DNA of 44,265 bases from a virus (taxonomy: Duplodnaviria; Heunggongvirae; Uroviricota; Caudoviricetes), in the IMG/VR virus record IMGVR_UViG_2877973648_000002, positions 1 to 44,265 of that record. One strand, 5' to 3'. Each line of letters begins with the position of its first letter. The first letter of the stretch is position 1. Shown here piece after piece: positions 27,668-39,800 of the stretch. Both the position numbers and the translations under genes were made by a program. A model generated the notes under the pieces. It was given only the letters and a program-made list of their open reading frames with translations. It was not told the origin of the DNA and searched no databases.

Positions 27668-30239
27668 ACCGGTAGGCGATCTGGTCGTTGATTTAAGTCT
27701 GGATGCGGCCAGATTTGACGAGCAGATGGCCAGAGTCAGGCGTCATTTTTCCGGTACGGAAACTGATGCGAAAAAAACAGCGGCAGTCGTTGAACAGTCG
27801 CTGAGCCGACAGGCGCTGGCTGCACAGAAAGCGGGGATTTCCGTCGGGCAGTATAAAGCCGCCATGCGTATGCTGCCTGCACAGTTCACCGACGTGGCCA
27901 CGCAGCTTGCAGGCGGGCAAAGCCCGTGGCTGATCCTGCTGCAACAGGGGGGTCAGGTTAAGGACTCCTTCGGCGGGATGATCCCCATGTTCAGGGGGCT
28001 TGCCGGTGCGATCACCCTGCCGATGGTGGGGGCCACCTCGCTGGCGGTGGCGACCGGTGCGCTGGCGTATGCCTGGTATCAGGGCAACTCAACCCTGTCC
28101 GATTTCAACAAAACGCTGGTTCTTTCCGGCAATCAGGCGGGACTGACGGCAGATCGTATGCTGGTCCTGTCCAGAGCCGGGCAGGCGGCAGGGCTGACGT
28201 TTAACCAGACCAGCGAGTCACTGACGGCGCTGGTGAATGCCGGTGTGCGTGGTGGTGAGCAGTTTGAGGCGATCAGCCAGAGTGTGGCGCGTTTCTCCTC
28301 TGCATCCGGCGTGGAGGTGGACAAGGTCGCTGAAGCCTTCGGGAAGCTGACCACAGACCCGACGTCGGGACTGACAGCGATGGCACGTCAGTTCCATAAC
28401 GTGACGGCGGAGCAGATTGCGTATGTTGCTCAGTTGCAGCGTTCCGGAGATGAAGCCGGGGCATTGCAGGCGGCGAACGAGGCCGCAACGAAAGGGTTTG
28501 ATGACCAGACCCGCCGCCTGAAAGAGAACATGGGCACGCTGGAGACCTGGGCAGACAGGACAGCACGGGCATTCAAATCCATGTGGGATTCGGTGCTGGA
28601 TATTGGTCGCCCGGACACTGCCCAGGGAATGCTGGAGAAAGCAGAAAAGGCTTTTGATGAGGCGGACAAAAAATGGCAGTGGTATCAGAGCCGGAGCCAC
28701 CGGCGCGGTAAAACCTCAGCATTTCTTGCCAATCTCCGGGGAGCATGGGAGGACAGAGCGAATGCGCAACTTGGGCTTTCAGCCGCCACGTTGCAGGCCG
28801 ATCTTGAAAAGGCCAGAGAGATGGCAGCAAAGGACTGGGCCGAGTCTGAGGCATCACGGCTGAAATATACCGAAGAGGCGCAGAAGGCTTACGAACGGCT
28901 GCAGACGCCGCTGGAGAAATATACCGCCCGTCAGGAAGAACTGAACAAGGCACTGAAAGACGGGAAAATCCTGCAGGCAGATTACAACACGCTGATGGCG
29001 GCGGCGAAAAAGGATTATGAAGCGACGCTGAAAAAGCCGAAACAGTCCGGCGTGAAAGTGTCTGCGGGCGATCGTCAGGAAGACAGTGCTCATGCTGCCC
29101 TGCTGACGCTTCAGGCTGAACTCCGGACGCTGGAGAAGCATGCCGGAGCAAATGAGAAAATCAGCCAGCAGCGCCGGGATTTGTGGAAGGCGGAGAGTCA
29201 GTTCGCGGTACTGGAGGAGGCGGCGCAACGTCGCCAGCTGTCCGCACAGGAGAAATCCCTGCTGGCGCATAAAGATGAGACGCTGGAGTACAAACGCCAG
29301 CTGGCTGCACTTGGCGACAAGGTTACGTATCAGGAGCGCCTGAACGCGCTGGCGCAGCAGGCGGATAAGTTCGCACAGCAACAACGGGCAAAACGGGCAG
29401 CCATTGAGGCGAAAAACCGGGGGCTTACTGACCGGCAGGCAGCGCGGGAAGCCACAGAACAGCGCCTGAAGGAACAGTATGGCGATAATTCGCTGGCGCT
29501 GAATAACGTCATGTCAGAGCAGAAAAAGACCTGGGCGGCTGAAGACCAGCTTCGCGGGAGCTGGATGGCAGGCCTCAGGTCCGGCTGGAGTGAGTGGGAA
29601 GAGAGCGCCACGGACAGTATGTCGCAGGTTAAAAGTGCAGCCACGCAGACCTTTGATGGTATTACGCAGAATATGGCGGCGATGCTGACCGGCAGTGAGC
29701 AGAACTGGCGCAGCTTCACCCGTTCCGTGCTGTCCATGATGACAGAAATTCTGCTTAAGCAGGCAATGGTGGGGATTGTCGGGAGTATCGGTAGCGCCAT
29801 TGGCGGGGCTGTTGGTGGCGGCGCATCCGCATCAGGCGGTACAGCCATTCAGGCCGCTGCGGCGAAATTCCATTTTGCAACCGGAGGATTTACGGGAACC
29901 GGCGGCAAATATGAGCCAGCGGGGATTGTTCACCGTGGTGAATTTGTCTTCACGAAGGAGGCAACCAGCCGAATTGGTGTCGGCAACCTGTACCGCCTGA
30001 TGCGGGGCTATGCGGAAGGTGGTTATGTGGGCGGTGCCGGAAGTCCGGCGCAGATGCGGCGGGCTGAAGGCATTAATTTTAATCAGAACAATCACGTGGT
30101 GATTCAGAACGACGGTACGAATGGTCTGCCAGGTCCACAGATGATGAAGGCAGTGTATGACATGGCCCGCAAGGGTGCCCGTGATGAAATTCAGACACAG
30201 ATGCGTGATGGTGGCCTGTTCTCCGGAGGTGGACGATGA
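27660..30239 (+). CDS. H: Tail tape measure protein H
   Basis: 859-aa ORF starting MAEPVGDLVVDLSLDAARFDEQMARVRRHF; long helical middle; C-terminus matches recalled lambda gpH. Confidence 0.9.
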   Translation: MAEPVGDLVVDLSLDAARFDEQMARVRRHFSGTETDAKKTAAVVEQSLSRQALAAQKAGISVGQYKAAMRMLPAQFTDVATQLAGGQSPWLILLQQGGQVKDSFGGMIPMFRGLAGAITLPMVGATSLAVATGALAYAWYQGNSTLSDFNKTLVLSGNQAGLTADRMLVLSRAGQAAGLTFNQTSESLTALVNAGVRGGEQFEAISQSVARFSSASGVEVDKVAEAFGKLTTDPTSGLTAMARQFHNVTAEQIAYVAQLQRSGDEAGALQAANEAATKGFDDQTRRLKENMGTLETWADRTARAFKSMWDSVLDIGRPDTAQGMLEKAEKAFDEADKKWQWYQSRSHRRGKTSAFLANLRGAWEDRANAQLGLSAATLQADLEKAREMAAKDWAESEASRLKYTEEAQKAYERLQTPLEKYTARQEELNKALKDGKILQADYNTLMAAAKKDYEATLKKPKQSGVKVSAGDRQEDSAHAALLTLQAELRTLEKHAGANEKISQQRRDLWKAESQFAVLEEAAQRRQLSAQEKSLLAHKDETLEYKRQLAALGDKVTYQERLNALAQQADKFAQQQRAKRAAIEAKNRGLTDRQAAREATEQRLKEQYGDNSLALNNVMSEQKKTWAAEDQLRGSWMAGLRSGWSEWEESATDSMSQVKSAATQTFDGITQNMAAMLTGSEQNWRSFTRSVLSMMTEILLKQAMVGIVGSIGSAIGGAVGGGASASGGTAIQAAAAKFHFATGGFTGTGGKYEPAGIVHRGEFVFTKEATSRIGVGNLYRLMRGYAEGGYVGGAGSPAQMRRAEGINFNQNNHVVIQNDGTNGLPGPQMMKAVYDMARKGARDEIQTQMRDGGLFSGGGR

Positions 30240-30565
30240 AAACCTTCCGCTGGAAAGTGAAACCCGGTATGGATGTGGCTTCGGCCCCTTCCGTCAGGAA
30301 AGTGCGCTTTGGTGATGGCTATTCCCAGCGAGCGCCTGCCGGGCTGAATGCCGACCTGAAAACGTACAGCGTGACGCTTTCTGTTCCCCGTTGGGAGGCC
30401 ACGGCGCTGGAGTCGTTTCTGGCTGAGCACGGGGGCTGGAAAGCCTTTCTGTGGACGCCGCCTTATGAGTGGCGGCAGATAAAGGTGACCTGCGCAAAAT
30501 GGTCGTCGCGGGTCAGTATGCTGCGTGTTGAGTTCAGCGCAGAGTTTGAACAGGTGGTGAACTGA
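30236..30565 (+). CDS. M: Tail tip protein M
   Basis: 109-aa ORF MKTFRWKVKPGMDVASAPSVRKVRFGDGYSQRAPAGLNADLKTYSVTL... matches recalled lambda gpM. Confidence 0.85.
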   Translation: MKTFRWKVKPGMDVASAPSVRKVRFGDGYSQRAPAGLNADLKTYSVTLSVPRWEATALESFLAEHGGWKAFLWTPPYEWRQIKVTCAKWSSRVSMLRVEFSAEFEQVVN

Positions 30566-31263
30566 TGCAGGATATCCGGCAGGAAACACTGAATGAATGC
30601 ACCCGTGCGGAGCAGTCGGCCAGCGTGGTGCTCTGGGAAATCGACCTGACAGAGGTCGGTGGAGAACGTTATTTTTTCTGTAATGAGCAGAACGAAAAAG
30701 GTGAGCCGGTCACCTGGCAGGGGCGACAGTATCAGCCGTATCCCATTCAGGGGAGTGGTTTTGAACTGAATGGCAAAGGCACCAGTACGCGCCCCACACT
30801 GACGGTTTCTAACCTGTACGGTATGGTCACCGGGATGGCGGAAGATCTGCAGAGTCTGGTCGGTGGAACGGTGGTCCGGCGTAAGGTTTACGCCCGTTTT
30901 CTGGATGCGGTGAACTTCGTCAACGGAAACAGTGGCGCCGATCCGGAGCAGGAGGTGATCAGCCGCTGGCGCATTGAGCAGTGCAGCGAACTGAGCGCGG
31001 TGAGTGCCTCTTTTGTACTGTCCACGCCGACGGAAACGGATGGCGCTGTTTTTCCGGGACGTATCATGCTGGCCAACACCTGCACCTGGACCTATCGCGG
31101 TGACGAGTGCGGTTATAGCGGTCCGGCTGTCGCGGATGAATATGACCAGCCAACGTCCGATATCACGAAGGATAAATGCAGCAAATGCCTGAGCGGTTGT
31201 AAGTTCCGCAATAACGTCGGCAACTTTGGCGGCTTCCTTTCCATTAACAAACTTTCGCAGTAA
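30565..31263 (+). CDS. L: Tail tip protein L
   Basis: 232-aa ORF matching recalled lambda gpL, including the C-terminal cysteine cluster. Confidence 0.85.
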   Translation: MQDIRQETLNECTRAEQSASVVLWEIDLTEVGGERYFFCNEQNEKGEPVTWQGRQYQPYPIQGSGFELNGKGTSTRPTLTVSNLYGMVTGMAEDLQSLVGGTVVRRKVYARFLDAVNFVNGNSGADPEQEVISRWRIEQCSELSAVSASFVLSTPTETDGAVFPGRIMLANTCTWTYRGDECGYSGPAVADEYDQPTSDITKDKCSKCLSGCKFRNNVGNFGGFLSINKLSQ

Positions 31264-31268
31264 ATCCC

Positions 31269-32012
31269 ATGACACAGACAGAATCAGCGATTCTGGCGCA
31301 CGCCCGGCGATGTGCGCCAGCGGAGTCGTGCGGCTTCGTGGTAAGCACGCCGGAGGGGGAAAGATATTTCCCCTGCGTGAATATCTCCGGTGAGCCGGAG
31401 GCGTATTTCCGTATGTCGCCGGAAGACTGGCTGCAGGCAGAAATGCAGGGTGAGATTGTGGCGCTGGTCCACAGCCACCCCGGTGGTCTGCCCTGGCTGA
31501 GTGAGGCCGACCGGCGGCTGCAGGTGCAGAGTGATTTGCCGTGGTGGCTGGTCTGCCGGGGGACGATTCATAAGTTCCGCTGTGTGCCGCATCTCACCGG
31601 GCGGCGCTTTGAGCACGGTGTGACGGACTGTTACACACTGTTCCGGGATGCTTATCATCTGGCGGGGATTGAGATGCCGGACTTTCATCGTGAGGATGAC
31701 TGGTGGCGTAACGGCCAGAATCTCTATCTGGATAATCTGGAGGCGACGGGGCTGTATCAGGTGCCGTTGTCAGCGGCACAGCCGGGCGATGTGCTGCTGT
31801 GCTGTTTTGGTTCATCGGTGCCGAATCACGCCGCAATTTACTGCGGCGACGGCGAGCTGCTGCACCATATTCCTGAACAACTGAGCAAACGAGAGAGGTA
31901 CACCGACAAATGGCAGCGACGCACACACTCCCTCTGGCGTCACCGGGCATGGCGCGCATCTGCCTTTACGGGGATTTACAACGATTTGGTCGCCGCATCG
32001 ACCTTCGTGTGA
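31269..32012 (+). CDS. K: Tail tip assembly protein K (JAB/MPN plus NlpC/P60-like)
   Basis: Contains the HSHP...SEAD JAMM-like motif and downstream Cys/His; lambda K is usually annotated from the internal Met (MSPEDWLQ...), so the true start may be 31413. Confidence 0.75.
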   Translation: MTQTESAILAHARRCAPAESCGFVVSTPEGERYFPCVNISGEPEAYFRMSPEDWLQAEMQGEIVALVHSHPGGLPWLSEADRRLQVQSDLPWWLVCRGTIHKFRCVPHLTGRRFEHGVTDCYTLFRDAYHLAGIEMPDFHREDDWWRNGQNLYLDNLEATGLYQVPLSAAQPGDVLLCCFGSSVPNHAAIYCGDGELLHHIPEQLSKRERYTDKWQRRTHSLWRHRAWRASAFTGIYNDLVAASTFV

Positions 32013-32581
32013 AAACGGGGGCTGAAGCCATCCGGGCACTGGCCACACAGCTCCCGGCGTTTCGTCAGAAACTGAGCGACGGCTGGTATCAGGTACGGAT
32101 TGCCGGGCGGGACGTCAGCACGTCCGGGTTAACGGCGCAGTTACATGAGACTCTGCCTGATGGCGCTGTGATTCATATTGTTCCCAGAGTCGCCGGGGCC
32201 AAGTCAGGTGGCGTATTCCAGATTGTCCTGGGGGCTGCCGCCATTGCCGGATCATTCTTTACCGCCGGAGCCACCCTTGCAGCATGGGGGGCAGCCATTG
32301 GGGCCGGTGGTATGACCGGCATCCTGTTTTCTCTCGGTGCCAGTATGGTGCTCGGTGGTGTGGCGCAGATGCTGGCACCGAAAGCCAGAACTCCCCGTAC
32401 ACAGACAACGGATAACGGTAAGCAGAACACCTATTTCTCCTCACTGGATAACATGGTTGCCCAGGGCAATGTTCTGCCTGTTCTGTACGGGGAAATGCGC
32501 GTGGGGTCACGCGTGGTTTCTCAGGAGATCAGCACGGCAGACGAAGGGGGCGGTGGTCAGGTTGTGGTGATTGGTCGCTGA
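31910..32581 (+). CDS. I: Tail tip assembly protein I
   Basis: 223-aa ORF MAATHTLPLASPGMARICLYGDLQRFGRRIDLRVKTGAEAIRALATQL... matches recalled lambda gpI. Confidence 0.85.
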   Translation: MAATHTLPLASPGMARICLYGDLQRFGRRIDLRVKTGAEAIRALATQLPAFRQKLSDGWYQVRIAGRDVSTSGLTAQLHETLPDGAVIHIVPRVAGAKSGGVFQIVLGAAAIAGSFFTAGATLAAWGAAIGAGGMTGILFSLGASMVLGGVAQMLAPKARTPRTQTTDNGKQNTYFSSLDNMVAQGNVLPVLYGEMRVGSRVVSQEISTADEGGGGQVVVIGR

Positions 32582-32599
32582 TGCAAAATGTTTTATGTG

Positions 32600-32625
32600 A
32601 AACCGCCTGCGGGCGGTTTTGTCGT
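32600..32625 (+). terminator. Rho-independent terminator-like hairpin after I
   Basis: AAACCGCCtgcGGGCGGTTTT followed by a T-rich tract. Confidence 0.5.
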
Positions 32626-32641
32626 TTATGGAGCGTGAGGA

Positions 32642-35600
32642 ATGGGTAAAGGAAGCAGTAAGGGGCATACCCCGCGCGAAGCGAAGGACAACCTGAAGTC
32701 CACGCAGTTGCTGAGTGTGATTGATGCCATCAGTGAAGGGCCGATTGAAGGTCCGGTGGATGGATTAAAAAGCGTGCTGCTGAACAGTACGTCGGTGCTG
32801 GACAGTGATGGGAATACCAACATCGCCGGTGTCACGGTGGTGTTCCGGGCTGGTGAGCAGGAGCAGACTCCGCCGGAGGGATTTGAATCCTCCGGCTCCG
32901 AGACGGTGTTGGGTACGGAAGTGAAATACGACACGCCGATCACCCGCGCCATCACGTCGGCAAACATCGACCGACTGCGCTTTACCTTCGGTGTGCAGGC
33001 ACTGGTGGAAACCACCTCAAAGGGGGACCGGAATCCGTCGGAAGTTCGCCTGCTGGTTCAGATACAGCGTAATGGTGGCTGGGTGACGGAAAAAGACATC
33101 ACCATTAAGGGCAAAACCACCTCGCAGTATCTGGCCTCGGTGGTGGTGGATAACCTGCCGCCGCGCCCGTTTAATATCCGGATGCGCAGAATGACGCCGG
33201 ACAGCACCACAGACCAGCTGCAGAACAAAACGCTCTGGTCGTCATACACCGAAATCATCGATGTGAAACAGTGCTACCCGAACACGGCACTGGTCGGCGT
33301 GCAGGTGGACTCGGAACAGTTCGGCAGCCAGCAGGTGAGCCGTAATTATCATCTTCGCGGGCGCATTCTGCAGGTGCCGTCGAACTATAACCCGCAGACG
33401 CGGCAATACAGCGGTATCTGGGACGGAACGTTTAAGCCAGCATACAGCAACAACATGGCCTGGTGTCTGTGGGATATGCTGACCCATCCGCGCTACGGCA
33501 TGGGGAAGCGTCTCGGTGCGGCGGATGTGGACAAATGGGCGCTGTATGTCATCGGCCAGAATTGCGACCAGTCGGTGCCGGATGGCTTTGGTGGCACGGA
33601 GCCGCGCATCACCTGTAATGCCTACCTGACCACACAGCGCAAGGCGTGGGATGTTCTCAGTGATTTCTGCTCGGCGATGCGCTGTATGCCGGTATGGAAC
33701 GGGCAGACGCTGACGTTCGTGCAGGACCGACCGTCGGATAAGGTGTGGACCTATAACCGCAGTAATGTGGTGATGCCGGATGATGGCGCGCCGTTCCGCT
33801 ACAGCTTCAGTGCCCTGAAGGACCGTCATAATGCCGTTGAGGTGAACTGGATTGACCCGGATAACGGCTGGGAGACGGCGACAGAGCTTGTTGAAGATAC
33901 GCAGGCCATTCTCCGTTACGGTCGTAACGTCACGAAGATGGATGCCTTTGGCTGTACCAGCCGGGGGCAGGCGCACCGCGCCGGGCTGTGGCTGATTAAA
34001 ACAGAACTGCTGGAAACGCAGACCGTGGACTTCAGCGTGGGTGCGGAAGGGCTTCGCCATGTGCCGGGCGATGTCATTGAAATCTGCGATGATGACTATG
34101 CGGGGATCAGCACCGGCGGGCGCGTGCTGGCGGTGAACAGCCAGACCCGGACGCTGACGCTCGACCGTGAAATCACGCTGCCATCCTCCGGTACCACGCT
34201 GATAAGCCTGGTTGACGGAAGTGGCAATCCGGTCAGCGTGGAGGTCCAGTCCGTCACCGACGGCGTGAAGGTAAAAGTGAGCCGTGTTCCTGACGGCGTT
34301 GCCGGATACAGCGTATGGGGGCTGAAGCTGCCGACGCTGCGCCAGCGCCTGTTCCGCTGCGTGAGTATCCGTGAGAACGACGACGGCACGTATGCCATCA
34401 CCGCCGTGCAGCATGTACCGGAAAAAGAAGCTATCGTGGATAACGGGGCGCACTTTGACGGCGACCAGAGCGGCACGGTGAATGGTGTCACGCCGCCAGC
34501 AGTGCAGCACCTGACTGCCGAAGTCACCGCAGACAGCGGGGAGTATCAGGTACTGGCCCGCTGGGACACGCCGAAGGTGGTGAAGGGCGTGAGTTTCATG
34601 CTTCGCCTGACCGTGGCAGCGGATGACGGCAGTGAGCGGCTGGTCAGCACGGCCCGGACGACGGAAACCACTTACCGCTTCACACAACTGGCTCTGGGGA
34701 ACTACAGGCTGACAGTCCGGGCAGTAAATGCGTGGGGGCAGCAGGGCGATCCGGCGTCGGTATCGTTCCGGATTGCCGCACCGGCAGCGCCGTCGCGGAT
34801 TGAGCTGACGCCGGGCTATTTTCAGATAACCGCCACGCCGCATCTTGCGGTTTATGATCCGACGGTACAGTTTGAGTTCTGGTTCTCGGAAAAGCGGATT
34901 GCGGATATCAGGCAGGTTGAAACCACAGCACGCTATCTTGGCACGGCGTTGTACTGGATAGCCGCCAGTATCAATATCAGGCCGGGCCATAATTATTATT
35001 TTTACGTTCGCAGTGTGAACACCGTTGGCAAATCGGCATTCGTGGAGGCTGTTGGTCAGCCGAGTGATGACGCATCCGGCTATCTGGATTTTTTCAAAGG
35101 CGAGATAGGGAAAACCCATCTGGCTCAGGAGCTGTGGACGCAGATTGATAACGGTCAGCTTGCGCCTGACCTGGCTGAAATCAGGACATCCATTACGGAT
35201 GTCAGCAATGAAATCACACAGACCGTCAATAAGAAACTGGAAGACCAGAGTGCAGCGATCCAGCAGATACAGAAGGTTCAGGTTGATACAAATAATAATC
35301 TGAACAGCATGTGGGCTGTGAAGCTGCAGCAGATGCAGGACGGACGCCTTTATATCGCGGGTATCGGTGCCGGTATTGAGAACACCCCCGACGGCATGCA
35401 GAGTCAGGTGCTGCTGGCGGCAGACAGGATTGCGATGATTAATCCTGCAAATGGCAACACAAAACCGATGTTTGTTGGTCAGGGTGATCAGATATTCATG
35501 AATGAAGTGTTCCTGAAATATCTGACGGCTCCCACCATTACCAGCGGCGGTAATCCTCCGGCATTTTCCCTGACACCGGACGGAAAGTTGACCGCTAAAA

Positions 35601-36121
35601 ATGCAGATATCAGTGGCAGTGTGAATGCGAACTCCGGGACGCTCAACAACGTTACGATAAATGAGAACTGTCAGATTAAAGGGAAACTGTCAGCCAACCA
35701 GATTGAAGGCGATATTGTCAAAACAGTGGGTAAGGCTTTCCCGCGGGACTCCCGGGCACCGGAGCGGTGGCCATCAGGGACCATTACCGTCAGGATTTAT
35801 GACGATCAGCCTTTTGACAGGCAAATTGTTATTCCGGCGGTGGCATTCTGCGGCGCTAAACATGAGCGGGAGAATAACGATATTTATTCGTCATGCCGCC
35901 TGATAGTGAAGAAAAATGGTGCTGAAATTTATAACCGTACCGCGCTGGATAATACGCTGATTTACAGTGGTGTTATTGATATGCCAGCTGGTCACGGCCA
36001 CATGACGCTGGAGTTTTCGGTGTCAGCATGGCTGGTAAATGACTGGTATCCCACAGCAAGTATCAGCGATTTGCTGGTTGTGGTGATGAAGAAAGCCACC
36101 GCAGGCATCAGTATCAGCTGA
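32642..36121 (+). CDS. J: Tail tip / host specificity protein J
   Basis: 1159-aa ORF starting [42 protein letters not shown]; lambda J-like throughout by recollection. Confidence 0.9.
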   Translation: MGKGSSKGHTPREAKDNLKSTQLLSVIDAISEGPIEGPVDGLKSVLLNSTSVLDSDGNTNIAGVTVVFRAGEQEQTPPEGFESSGSETVLGTEVKYDTPITRAITSANIDRLRFTFGVQALVETTSKGDRNPSEVRLLVQIQRNGGWVTEKDITIKGKTTSQYLASVVVDNLPPRPFNIRMRRMTPDSTTDQLQNKTLWSSYTEIIDVKQCYPNTALVGVQVDSEQFGSQQVSRNYHLRGRILQVPSNYNPQTRQYSGIWDGTFKPAYSNNMAWCLWDMLTHPRYGMGKRLGAADVDKWALYVIGQNCDQSVPDGFGGTEPRITCNAYLTTQRKAWDVLSDFCSAMRCMPVWNGQTLTFVQDRPSDKVWTYNRSNVVMPDDGAPFRYSFSALKDRHNAVEVNWIDPDNGWETATELVEDTQAILRYGRNVTKMDAFGCTSRGQAHRAGLWLIKTELLETQTVDFSVGAEGLRHVPGDVIEICDDDYAGISTGGRVLAVNSQTRTLTLDREITLPSSGTTLISLVDGSGNPVSVEVQSVTDGVKVKVSRVPDGVAGYSVWGLKLPTLRQRLFRCVSIRENDDGTYAITAVQHVPEKEAIVDNGAHFDGDQSGTVNGVTPPAVQHLTAEVTADSGEYQVLARWDTPKVVKGVSFMLRLTVAADDGSERLVSTARTTETTYRFTQLALGNYRLTVRAVNAWGQQGDPASVSFRIAAPAAPSRIELTPGYFQITATPHLAVYDPTVQFEFWFSEKRIADIRQVETTARYLGTALYWIAASINIRPGHNYYFYVRSVNTVGKSAFVEAVGQPSDDASGYLDFFKGEIGKTHLAQELWTQIDNGQLAPDLAEIRTSITDVSNEITQTVNKKLEDQSAAIQQIQKVQVDTNNNLNSMWAVKLQQMQDGRLYIAGIGAGIENTPDGMQSQVLLAADRIAMINPANGNTKPMFVGQGDQIFMNEVFLKYLTAPTITSGGNPPAFSLTPDGKLTAKNADISGSVNANSGTLNNVTINENCQIKGKLSANQIEGDIVKTVGKAFPRDSRAPERWPSGTITVRIYDDQPFDRQIVIPAVAFCGAKHERENNDIYSSCRLIVKKNGAEIYNRTALDNTLIYSGVIDMPAGHGHMTLEFSVSAWLVNDWYPTASISDLLVVVMKKATAGISIS

Positions 36122-36140
36122 ATTTTATAACCCATATACG

Positions 36141-36166
36141 GGCGCCAGAAATGGCGCCTTTTTTAT
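36141..36166 (+). terminator. Rho-independent terminator after J
   Basis: GGCGCCagaaatGGCGCC followed by TTTTTTA. Confidence 0.7.
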
Positions 36167-36188
36167 TGCAGAAAAGCGAGAGGTAATT

Positions 36189-36788
36189 ATGCGTAAAGTT
36201 TGTGCAGCCATTTTGTCCGCAGCCATCTGTCTGGCCGTATCCGGTGCGCCTGCATGGGCGTCTGAGCAGCAGGCCACACTGAGCGCAGGGTATCTTCATG
36301 CCCGTACGAACGCTCCCGGCAGCGATAATCTGAACGGGATTAACGTGAAATACCGTTATGAGTTTACGGACACGCTGGGGCTGATTACGTCATTCAGTTA
36401 TGCCAACGCTGAAGATGAGCAAAAAACGCATTACAGCGATACCCGCTGGCATGAAGATTCCGTGCGTAACCGCTGGTTCAGCGTGATGGCGGGGCCGTCT
36501 GTGCGCGTGAATGAATGGTTCAGCGCGTATGCGATGGCGGGTGTGGCTTACAGCCGTGTGTCGACTTTCTCCGGGGATTATCTGCAGGTGACCGACAATA
36601 CGGGGAAAACGCACGATGTGCTGATCGGAAGTAATGACGGTCGCCACAGCAACACGTCTCTGGCGTGGGGGGCTGGCGTGCAGTTTAACCCGACCGAATC
36701 CGTGGCCGTTGATGTCGCTTATGAAGGTTCCGGCAGTGGCGACTGGCGCACTGACGGTTTCATCGTGGGTGTCGGTTATAAATTCTGA
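36189..36788 (+). CDS. lom: Outer membrane protein Lom (Ail/Lom family)
   Basis: 199-aa ORF with signal peptide and C-terminal beta-barrel signature ...[26 protein letters not shown] as in lambda Lom. Confidence 0.85.
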   Translation: MRKVCAAILSAAICLAVSGAPAWASEQQATLSAGYLHARTNAPGSDNLNGINVKYRYEFTDTLGLITSFSYANAEDEQKTHYSDTRWHEDSVRNRWFSVMAGPSVRVNEWFSAYAMAGVAYSRVSTFSGDYLQVTDNTGKTHDVLIGSNDGRHSNTSLAWGAGVQFNPTESVAVDVAYEGSGSGDWRTDGFIVGVGYKF

Positions 36789-36814
36789 TTAGCCAGGTAA
36801 CACAGTGTTATGAC

Positions 36815-36842
36815 AGCCCGCCGGTTCAGGCGGGCTTTTTTG
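36815..36842 (+). terminator. Rho-independent terminator after lom
   Basis: AGCCCGCCggttcAGGCGGGCT followed by TTTTTTG. Confidence 0.7.
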
Positions 36843-36852
36843 TGGGGTGAAT

Positions 36853-39800
36853 ATGGCAGTAAAGATTTCAGGTGTACTGAAAGACGGCACAGGAAAACCG
36901 GTACAGAACTGCACAATCCAGCTGAAAGCAAAACGTAACAGTACCACGGTGGTGGTGAACACGCTGGCCTCAGAAAATCCGGATGAAGCCGGGCGTTACA
37001 GCATGGACGTTGAGTACGGTCAGTACAGCGTTATTCTGTTGGTGGAAGGATTCCCGCCGTCACATGCCGGGACCATCACCGTGTATGAAGATTCCCGACC
37101 CGGTACGCTGAATGATTTTCTCGGTGCCATGACGGAGGATGATGCCCGTCCTGAGGCACTGCGCCGTTTTGAACTGATGGTGGAAGAGGTGGCGCGTAAC
37201 GCGTCCGCGGTGGCACAGAACACGGCAGCCGCGAAGAAGTCAGCCAGCGATGCCAGCACATCAGCCCGTGAGGCGGCAACCCATGCGACTGATGCTGCAG
37301 GCTCAGCACGCGCAGCCAGCACGTCAGCCGGACAGGCTGCTTCGTCGGCTCAGTCAGCGTCTTCCAGCGCAGGAACGGCATCAACAAAGGCCACTGAAGC
37401 ATTAAAAAGTGCTGCCGCTGCAGAGTCCTCAAAAAGCGCGGCGGCTACCAGTGCCGGTGCGGCGAAAACGTCAGAAACGAATGCGGCAGCGTCACAACAA
37501 TCAGCAGCCACTTCTGCATCCACCGCGACCACGAAAGCGTCAGAAGCAGCCACTTCAGCACGGGATGCGTCGGCTTCAAAAGAGGCGGCAAAATCATCAG
37601 AAACGAACGCATCATCAAGCGCCAGTAGTGCCGCTTCCTCGGCAACGGCGGCAGGAAATTCCGCGAAGGCGGCAAAAACGTCCGAGACGAACGCCAGGTC
37701 TTCTGAAACGGCAGCGGGACAGAGCGCCTCGGCTGCGGCAGGCTCAAAAACAGCGGCTGCATCATCTGCCAGCGCCGCGTCAACAAGTGCCGGGCAGGCC
37801 TCAGCCAGTGCCACCGCTGCCGGAAAGTCGGCAGAAAGTGCCGCATCGTCTGCTTCAACAGCCACAACGAAGGCTGGCGAAGCCACTGAGCAGGCCACGG
37901 CAGCAGCGAGGTCTGCTTCCGCAGCGAAGACATCCGAAACGAACGCAAAAGCGTCGGAAACCCGTGCAGAATCCTCAAAAACGGCAGCGGCATCGTCCGC
38001 CAGTTCGGCGGCGTCATCGGCATCATCGGCGTCTGCTTCAAAAGATGAGGCGACCAGACAGGCGTCAGCAGCGAAGGGCAGCGCCACGACGGCATCCACG
38101 AAGGCGACAGAGGCTGCTGGCAGTGCGACGGCAGCAGCTCAGAGCAAAAGTACGGCGGAATCTGCAGCAACGCGCGCTGAGACAGCGGCAAAACGGGCAG
38201 AGGATATTGCATCCGCCGTGGCGCTTGAGGATGCGAGCACGACGAAAAAGGGGATAGTACAGCTCAGTAGTGCGACTAACAGCACTTCCGAGTCACTGGC
38301 GGCAACACCAAAAGCCGTTAAGGCCGCGTATGACCTGGCTAACGGGAAATACACCGCACAGGATGCAACGACAGCACAGAAAGGGATAGTTCAGCTAAGC
38401 AGTGCGACCAACAGTACGTCTGAAACGCTGGCGGCAACGCCAAAGGCAGTAAAATCAGCCTATGACAATGCAGAGAAACGTCTGCAGAAAGACCAGAACG
38501 GCGCTGATATACCCGATAAGGGACGCTTCCTGAACAACATTAACGCGGTCAGTAAAACAGACTTTGCTGATAAGCGTGGTATGCGTTATGTGCGGGTTAA
38601 CGCTCCTGCAGGTGCAACATCTGGAAAATATTACCCTGTTGTTGTTATGCGTTCTGCTGGCTCAGTAAGCGAACTGGCATCAAGGGTCATTATCACCACG
38701 GCAACGCGAACCGCAGGCGATCCGATGAATAACTGCGAGTTTAACGGATTTGTTATGCCTGGCGGCTGGACTGACAGGGGGCGTTATGCTTATGGAATGT
38801 TCTGGCAATATCAAAACAATGAACGAGCCATCCACTCAATAATGATGAGTAATAAGGGCGATGATTTGCGCTCTGTGTTCTATGTTGATGGCGCAGCTTT
38901 CCCTGTTTTTGCGTTTATCGAAGATGGCCTGTCAATATCCGCACCTGGTGCTGATCTCGTTGTTAATGATACGACCTATAAGTTTGGGGCAACAAATCCG
39001 GCGACTGAATGTATCGCGGCGGACGTTATCCTTGATTTTAAGAGTGGGCGTGGTTTTTATGAGTCTAATTCGTTAATCGTTAACGATAACTTGTCGTGCA
39101 AAAAACTTTTTGCCACAGACGAAATTGTAGCGCGTGGTGGTAATCAGATTCGAATGATAGGTGGGGAGTATGGTGCATTATGGCGTAATGATGGCGCTAA
39201 AACTCACCTGCTGCTTACCAATCAAGGTGATGTTTATGGTGGCTGGAATACATTAAGACCGTTTTCTATTGATAACGCAACCGGCGAACTGGTTATTGGA
39301 ACCAAACTGTCCGCAAGTCTGAACGGTAATGCATTAACAGCAACAAAGCTGCAAACGCCAAGACGGGTTTCTGGTGTTGAGTTTGATGGTTCCAAAGATA
39401 TTACTTTAACCGCCGCGCATGTGGCTGCTTTTGCCAGAAGGGCAACGGATACATATGCCGATGCGGATGGTGGCGTTCCCTGGAATGCCGAATCAGGCGC
39501 TTACAATGTCACCCGCTCTGGCGACACCTATATTCTGGTTAACTTCTATACCGGAGTCGGAAGTTGCCGGACCTTGCAGATGAAGGCACATTACAGAAAT
39601 GGAGGTCTGTTCTACCGTTCCTCAAGAGATGGCTATGGTTTTGAGGAAGACTGGGCAGAAGTTTATACCTCGAAAAATCTTCCACCAGAAAGCTACCCAG
39701 TCGGCGCACCAATCCCGTGGCCATCAGATACCGTTCCGTCTGGTTATGCCCTGATGCAGGGGCAGGCTTTTGACAAATCTGCATACCCGAAACTTGCAGC

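Noticed and set aside
28218-29848. Cluster of 100-190-aa minus-strand ORFs
   Set aside because: Antisense to the tape-measure gene H; no starts with RBS; compositionally biased.
33242-35119. 625-aa ORF on the minus strand
   Set aside because: Entirely antisense to the J gene, whose plus-strand product is lambda J-like throughout; Arg/Pro/His-rich composition typical of antisense frames in GC-rich DNA.
37350-38257. Several 250-280-aa ORFs on both strands (Ala-, Pro/Arg- and Leu-rich)
   Set aside because: Alternative frames of the Ala/Ser-rich repeat region of stf; low-complexity translations, no RBS context.
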